This document shows, in pieces, positions 28,401 through 32,000 of a stretch of 32,000 bases of DNA. The stretch is from Methanohalophilus sp. (GTDB taxonomy: Archaea; Halobacteriota; Methanosarcinia; Methanosarcinales; Methanosarcinaceae), in assembly GCF_030156785.1 (NCBI RefSeq), contig NZ_JASGLW010000009.1:54359-86358 (forward strand), written 5' to 3'. A program made the position numbers and the translations under genes. A model generated the notes under the pieces. It was not told the DNA's origin and did no database searches. It worked only from the letters and a program-made list of their open reading frames with translations. Within the stretch, counting starts at the first letter, position 1, and each line of letters begins with the position of its first letter.

Positions 28401-28668
28401 GATACACACCGAAGTTCAGAAATTTTTGAATGCACAGGACAGCAAAACGCAGCACCGTCTAATTAAAGGATTAAAACGGTTGAAAAACGATCCTCTATCG
28501 CATGATATCAAAAAGCTGAAAGGCACAAAAGGAAGACCGGATTTATATCGTTTACGAATTGGAAATTACAGAGCTATTTTTTCTATTGAAGATGATACCG
28601 TCAAGGTTATTGAAATAATACCTCGCGAGAAAGGTTATGGGTGGCTTGCCCTTCTACTCGTAGCCTGA
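28384..28668 (+). CDS. relE: RelE/ParE-family type II toxin
   Basis: 94 aa. The segment DLYRLRIGNYRAIFSIEDDTVKVIEIIPREKGY matches the RelE/StbE family signature (YRxRxGdYRxIy...V..I.hR...Y). Confidence 0.75.
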   Translation: MEYKIEIHTEVQKFLNAQDSKTQHRLIKGLKRLKNDPLSHDIKKLKGTKGRPDLYRLRIGNYRAIFSIEDDTVKVIEIIPREKGYGWLALLLVA

Positions 28669-28931
28669 TTTTCGGTTATGGGCGCAGCTTATCGCTCACT
28701 CATTCACCGGGTTTTGTAGACATTCACGGGGGAGCAACAAACGGAAAATCAACTTTAGAATGTTTTTTCATTAACCACATAATTATAACAAAAATAGCAC
28801 CAACCAACATAAAATCAGATTTAGTGGCAAGGTTACTCCAACGGAAGGGGACAATATAGCAATGAATACCAATTGCAAGTAATAATACAGGAAGTGGATC
28901 TTTAAAAGTATATGGGGATGAAACAATATTT

Positions 28932-29126
28932 TCACTCTTCCATCGGCTCGTATTGGATTCCGTTGTCACCCTTATACGGTTTGTGATGGTCGACGTCTCC
29001 CCAAAAAATCTTCTCCGGGATACCGTCTGGATAGGCTTTACACTTCCACCAGCCAAGAATTCCACGATTTAGGTGCTTACATGTATCACACAGTGGTGGT
29101 TCTCCGATCATGATATCATTCCTCAA
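28932..29126 (-). CDS. small Cys/His-containing hypothetical protein (64 aa)
   Basis: The ORF contains CDTCKH...WKCKAYPDGIPEKIFWGDVDHHKPYKGDNGIQYE. This resembles a small protein family I recall from Firmicutes, with unknown function. It overlaps the upstream ORF by 11 nt, which suggests coupled translation. Confidence 0.45.
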   Translation of the reverse strand: MRNDIMIGEPPLCDTCKHLNRGILGWWKCKAYPDGIPEKIFWGDVDHHKPYKGDNGIQYEPMEE

Positions 29127-29322
29127 ACTGCTCTTTCATCCAGTCTCCAAACTCCTTTGCAATTGGACGGGGGGACGGGTTGTTCATGTATTCGGACCAT
29201 AATTCCGCTATAAATTCTCTATCGTTTACAATAGCATAGCGAGATACACCTTCACTAATTTTATCTGCGTTTTTATTCGTAAAGAAGTTTGCCACTTTTT
29301 CTAGTCTATAATTCGAATTCAA
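29116..29322 (-). CDS. small hypothetical protein (up to 68 aa)
   Basis: The ORF is upstream of and overlaps 28932..29126. The annotated TTG start lies inside repeat copy B, and an internal GTG at 29295 is an alternative start. I recognised no motif. Confidence 0.3.
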   Translation of the reverse strand: MNSNYRLEKVANFFTNKNADKISEGVSRYAIVNDREFIAELWSEYMNNPSPRPIAKEFGDWMKEQFEE

Positions 29323-29347
29323 GATCCACTATAACAAGGATTGAATC
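29311..29347 (+). repeat. solitary 37-nt I-B/III-type CRISPR repeat, copy B (ends ...GGATTGAATC)
   Basis: Direct copy of 27494..27530 with a single mismatch at 29346 (T for A). Confidence 0.8.
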
Positions 29348-29646
29348 TACCCCTCCACCTTTTCATTCTACCTTACAATATTCACAAAATCATAGCAATA
29401 TAAATCAAAAGAAGGGTTAGTGGAATCAGTCTCACAAGGATGTTATAAGCCAGTCCGGTACAATCATCATTTAGCAGGTTTATGGTTTCAGCTTTCTGGC
29501 TTTTAAAACCTGCACTGGCTTTTGAAATGATGTTGATTGCTTTTTTGATAATATTTAATAGTTTTTCGTGGTGGAAGGATGCTAAAAGTAAATGGGTTGT
29601 ATAGATAAAGATCCAGATTATTCGACTGGAATATAAGGATTTGAAT

Positions 29647-30048
29647 TTATGGTAGTAGGATATCTTCAATAGCTTGTATTATTCCATTGGAACACTCGAT
29701 ATCAGGTTTTATAATTGGAATATTTTCAACAAAGATTTTTCCATTTTTATTTTTGAAATGAATGCTTTCCCCGTTCATTGTCTGGAGGGACTCAATGTTG
29801 CTAAGATCTTTTGTATTGTATTTACCCTCTACTATGTGATAGTTGATGATATTCAAAAGATACTGCTTATCGTCAAATGCCTCTTCGATTACATCTTCCG
29901 GAATTGGAACAAATGCTTCATCAGTAGGGGCAAAAACAGTGAAATAACCATCTGAAGAATATTTTTCCACAAGCCCAAGTATTTCTGCTGCATTCAACAA
30001 ATTTGTGAAAATCCCCTCACCTTTTGCAGTAGCTATTAAGTCCTGCAT
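29647..30048 (-). CDS. fasciclin (FAS1) domain protein
   Basis: I trimmed the start to ATG 30048 (MQDLIATAKG), just downstream of the KH gene stop. The motifs TVFAPTDEAF, NYHIVEG and NGIIQAIEDILLP are FAS1 hallmarks. No signal peptide is visible. Confidence 0.8.
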   Translation of the reverse strand: MQDLIATAKGEGIFTNLLNAAEILGLVEKYSSDGYFTVFAPTDEAFVPIPEDVIEEAFDDKQYLLNIINYHIVEGKYNTKDLSNIESLQTMNGESIHFKNKNGKIFVENIPIIKPDIECSNGIIQAIEDILLP

Positions 30049-30058
30049 TTTTACACCC

Positions 30059-30610
30059 TTAACTTTCGTAGTAGTCAAGTTGTGATTGTACAAGTTCACG
30101 ATGCTTCTTCTCAAGGAAGCTATATACTGTTCCGTGATTTGCTCCTTCTACAAGCATCTCTATTGCTGTATGGACTATACGGTTTTGATCCGGAGTTCCA
30201 ATGATGCTGACTGTTTTTCCATAAATGGAAATCTTAACGCCGATGAGGCTTTCTGCAATTTCGCGTGTTTTTCCGCCCTTTCCAATAATTCTTCCCTTAA
30301 GCCTGATAAGTTCCTTTGGGGTTGAAGCCTCATGGGATAAATCTATGATATCGAGCATAAGCATATCATCATCAAAAAGTGCAAGAGCCTTATTTGGGTT
30401 GAATCCTCTGCTTATTGCCTTGACAACTTCGCCTGCTCTCAGGGAACCCAGAGGATCTTCTCCTTCTATTATTTCCACGGTTCCGTTTTCACTATCGATA
30501 TTAAGCTTGGAGGAAGACTTTTCCTCTATAAGTTTTTTTGTTTCTCCCTTTGGACCGATGATGGCTCCAATCCTGTCTTTTGGAACTTTCAGGTGTGTCA
30601 TGTAATTCAC
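30059..30610 (-). CDS. KH-domain RNA-binding protein (archaeal Dim2/Pno1-like)
   Basis: 183 aa with two KH modules (IGAIIGPKGETKKLIE and GRIIGKGGKTREIAE). It lies in the conserved aIF1A-Rio-KH gene order. Confidence 0.85.
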   Translation of the reverse strand: MNYMTHLKVPKDRIGAIIGPKGETKKLIEEKSSSKLNIDSENGTVEIIEGEDPLGSLRAGEVVKAISRGFNPNKALALFDDDMLMLDIIDLSHEASTPKELIRLKGRIIGKGGKTREIAESLIGVKISIYGKTVSIIGTPDQNRIVHTAIEMLVEGANHGTVYSFLEKKHRELVQSQLDYYES

Positions 30611-30627
30611 CTTCGTAAAGATTGTAT

Positions 30628-31425
30628 TTAATCCTCTGGATCGTTTTTTGTTTTCAACATTTTGTACAATTGTTCATCCGTGGCTTCAATTCCGTATTTT
30701 CGGAAATAGCGGGTCAGATTTTTCAGGTCTCTCTTGAGGAATGCATCCGCACTGGGGTGCTCAAGGGTGACTGCCTGTCCCATATCTATAATATAAGGTT
30801 CAAGGGTAGAAGGATTAACAAGTATGTTGTATTCACTAAGGTCCCCATGTACCAGATTCGCTTCGCTGTAGAGCAAATTCAGGTATTTAAGGATTGTCTC
30901 AAACATCTCTTTGGCATCTCCTTTTTCAAGATGGATGTACTTGAGGGGAGGAAATGCCTTTTCTTCTTCACCGATAAATTGCATCACTAGTATGTTGCGA
31001 TAGGTTGTTATAGGTTTTGGAACCCGGATGCCCACTTCTTCTGCACGAAGCAAATTGCGGAATTCCTTGCGAGTCCACGCAAAGACCACATCCTTCTTTT
31101 TGTGGCGAATGCTCTTAAACCTTGGGTCGCCGAGTATATATTCTTCCATCGCTCTGAATGTGCTTGTGGATATCCTGTAGATCTTTATTGCAAGATCGAA
31201 GTCTTTTCCTTCTGCAAGGAATACATTAGCTTCCTTGCCTGTGCTAATAGGCCCTCCCAACGCCTCAATGACACCTTCTTTTGAAAGGTGGTAGAGGGAT
31301 TTGAGGGTTGCCTCATCAAATACTGCATCTTTTACCTTGAGGCTATTGGAATCCTTTTGGCGAATTCGCATCTTGTCGATGTCGCTTTCGATTTTCCGGA
31401 GGTGTTTTGGGATGGATTTTCTCAT
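30628..31425 (-). CDS. rio1: RIO-type serine protein kinase
   Basis: 265 aa. It has STGKEANVF, catalytic LVHGDLSEYNIL and metal-binding IDMGQAV. Confidence 0.9.
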   Translation of the reverse strand: MRKSIPKHLRKIESDIDKMRIRQKDSNSLKVKDAVFDEATLKSLYHLSKEGVIEALGGPISTGKEANVFLAEGKDFDLAIKIYRISTSTFRAMEEYILGDPRFKSIRHKKKDVVFAWTRKEFRNLLRAEEVGIRVPKPITTYRNILVMQFIGEEEKAFPPLKYIHLEKGDAKEMFETILKYLNLLYSEANLVHGDLSEYNILVNPSTLEPYIIDMGQAVTLEHPSADAFLKRDLKNLTRYFRKYGIEATDEQLYKMLKTKNDPED

Positions 31426-31739
31426 GTTTTACCTCCAAAATAGCCTTTATCTTGAAGCCATTCATACTCTTGTCGTGTATATTTCCATATTATGTCTGCT
31501 TTTGTATCCTGGAAGTCCCAGGGGACTGCAATAACCAGATCGCCAACTTTCAGCCATGTATCGTTTTTCATGGAGCCAATAATTCTTCCTATTCGGATTA
31601 CTCCATCCATGCAGTTGAGCCTGACACGGTTTGCCCCGAGCATACTTTCCACTGTTGCGAGCACTTCTCTGTTTTCTTTTCTTGGGAGGCGTACCTTTAA
31701 ACGATCTTTTTCTCCCGGGGATTTATTATTTTCTGGCAC
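31422..31739 (-). CDS. eif1a: translation initiation factor aIF-1A
   Basis: 105 aa S1/OB fold. The segment is VLATVESMLGANRVRLNCMDGVIRIGRIIGSMKNDTWLKVGDLVIAVPWDFQ. Its stop overlaps the rio start (ATGA). Confidence 0.9.
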   Translation of the reverse strand: MPENNKSPGEKDRLKVRLPRKENREVLATVESMLGANRVRLNCMDGVIRIGRIIGSMKNDTWLKVGDLVIAVPWDFQDTKADIIWKYTRQEYEWLQDKGYFGGKT

Positions 31740-32000
31740 TGGCGATCATCCATTCAATGTATTTTTAGAATGATGCGTTACGTTCCTAATATTTATTTAT
31801 CTTTTGTGTTATTCTCATAGCTTCAAATCATCTATTTGATATTTTTAACTTTGCATTATATTTTTACAACGAAACTTTTATATAGGAGTATGAATATGTT
31901 AGGAGCCCACACAGATGAGTTGTATGGAATTGCAACTAATTCTGTGCGAAATGGTATGTATTTGAGCACTTCAAAAACAAAGTGCACAAGCCTTATATAG

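Noticed and set aside
28893-28924. AGTGGATCTTTAA (12 of 13 match to the reverse complement of the 37-nt repeat) is followed by TGGGGATGAAAC (resembling the I-E repeat 3' end), which could be a chimeric pseudo-repeat or creA-like element
   Set aside because: My estimate is about one such 12/13 hit by chance per window. The flanks do not align to either repeat, and there is no CCCCAC/GTGGGG hairpin for Cas6e.
28641-29065. ORFs 28641..28859 (+, 72 aa) and 28724..29065 (-, 113 aa)
   Set aside because: They overlap each other and the better-supported relE and 28932..29126 ORFs. They have no motifs and their composition is odd, so I treat them as non-coding.
29382-29669. A 95-aa minus-strand ORF between repeat copy B and the fasciclin gene
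   Set aside because: Its only ATG lies inside the fasciclin coding region. The sequence is AT-rich and low-complexity with no recognisable family, so coding status is too uncertain to call. It could be a small membrane protein if an alternative start is used.
31893-32000. A short ORF at the window end (MNMLGAHTDELYGIATNSVRNGMYLSTSKTKCTSLI) terminating in TAG exactly at position 32000
   Set aside because: It is too short, has no recognisable similarity, and the window ends there. I cannot tell whether it is a gene or whether the TAG is read through.

Overview
This is an archaeal chromosomal window. TFB, Gar1, aIF-1A, diphthine synthase and a Rio/KH cluster mark it as methanogen-like, and I infer Methanosarcinales. 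Positions 1..14733 and 29647..31739 carry housekeeping genes: hflX, a PHP phosphoesterase, an AI-2E transporter, alaX, dphB, a HerA-like ATPase, DUF357- and DUF555-like proteins, a PfkB kinase, ppdK, gar1, tfb, a LysE exporter, trm5 and tRNA-Thr(CGU) on the left, and a fasciclin protein, a KH/Dim2-like protein, a RIO kinase and aIF-1A on the right. Between the tRNA and the fasciclin gene lies a roughly 15 kb accessory island. It holds a divergently transcribed Csa3-like CARF-wHTH regulator and a complete Escherichia-coli-style type I-E operon (cas3-cas8e-cse2-cas7-cas5-cas6e-cas1-cas2). A leader and a 43-repeat/42-spacer array follow (29-nt repeat GAGTTCCCCACACACGTGGGGATGAACCG). Beyond the array, two copies of an unrelated 37-nt I-B/III-type repeat bracket a 1.78 kb cassette with a RelE-type toxin-antitoxin pair and small ORFs. 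Main observations: (1) cas8e and the PHP gene are each interrupted by a single in-frame TAG with the reading frame continuing, while none of the other 32 gene ends I checked uses TAG. This fits a pyrrolysine/amber-readthrough lineage and raises the possibility of a UAG-gated Cascade large subunit. (2) The heterologous CRISPR repeats flank genes instead of a spacer. (3) A CARF regulator is paired with a type I-E system. (4) The array records its history: a duplicated spacer, a near-identical spacer pair differing at seed positions, and repeat variation confined to the PAM-derived last base. Everything rests on reading the sequence and on recalled family motifs. No database searches were run.
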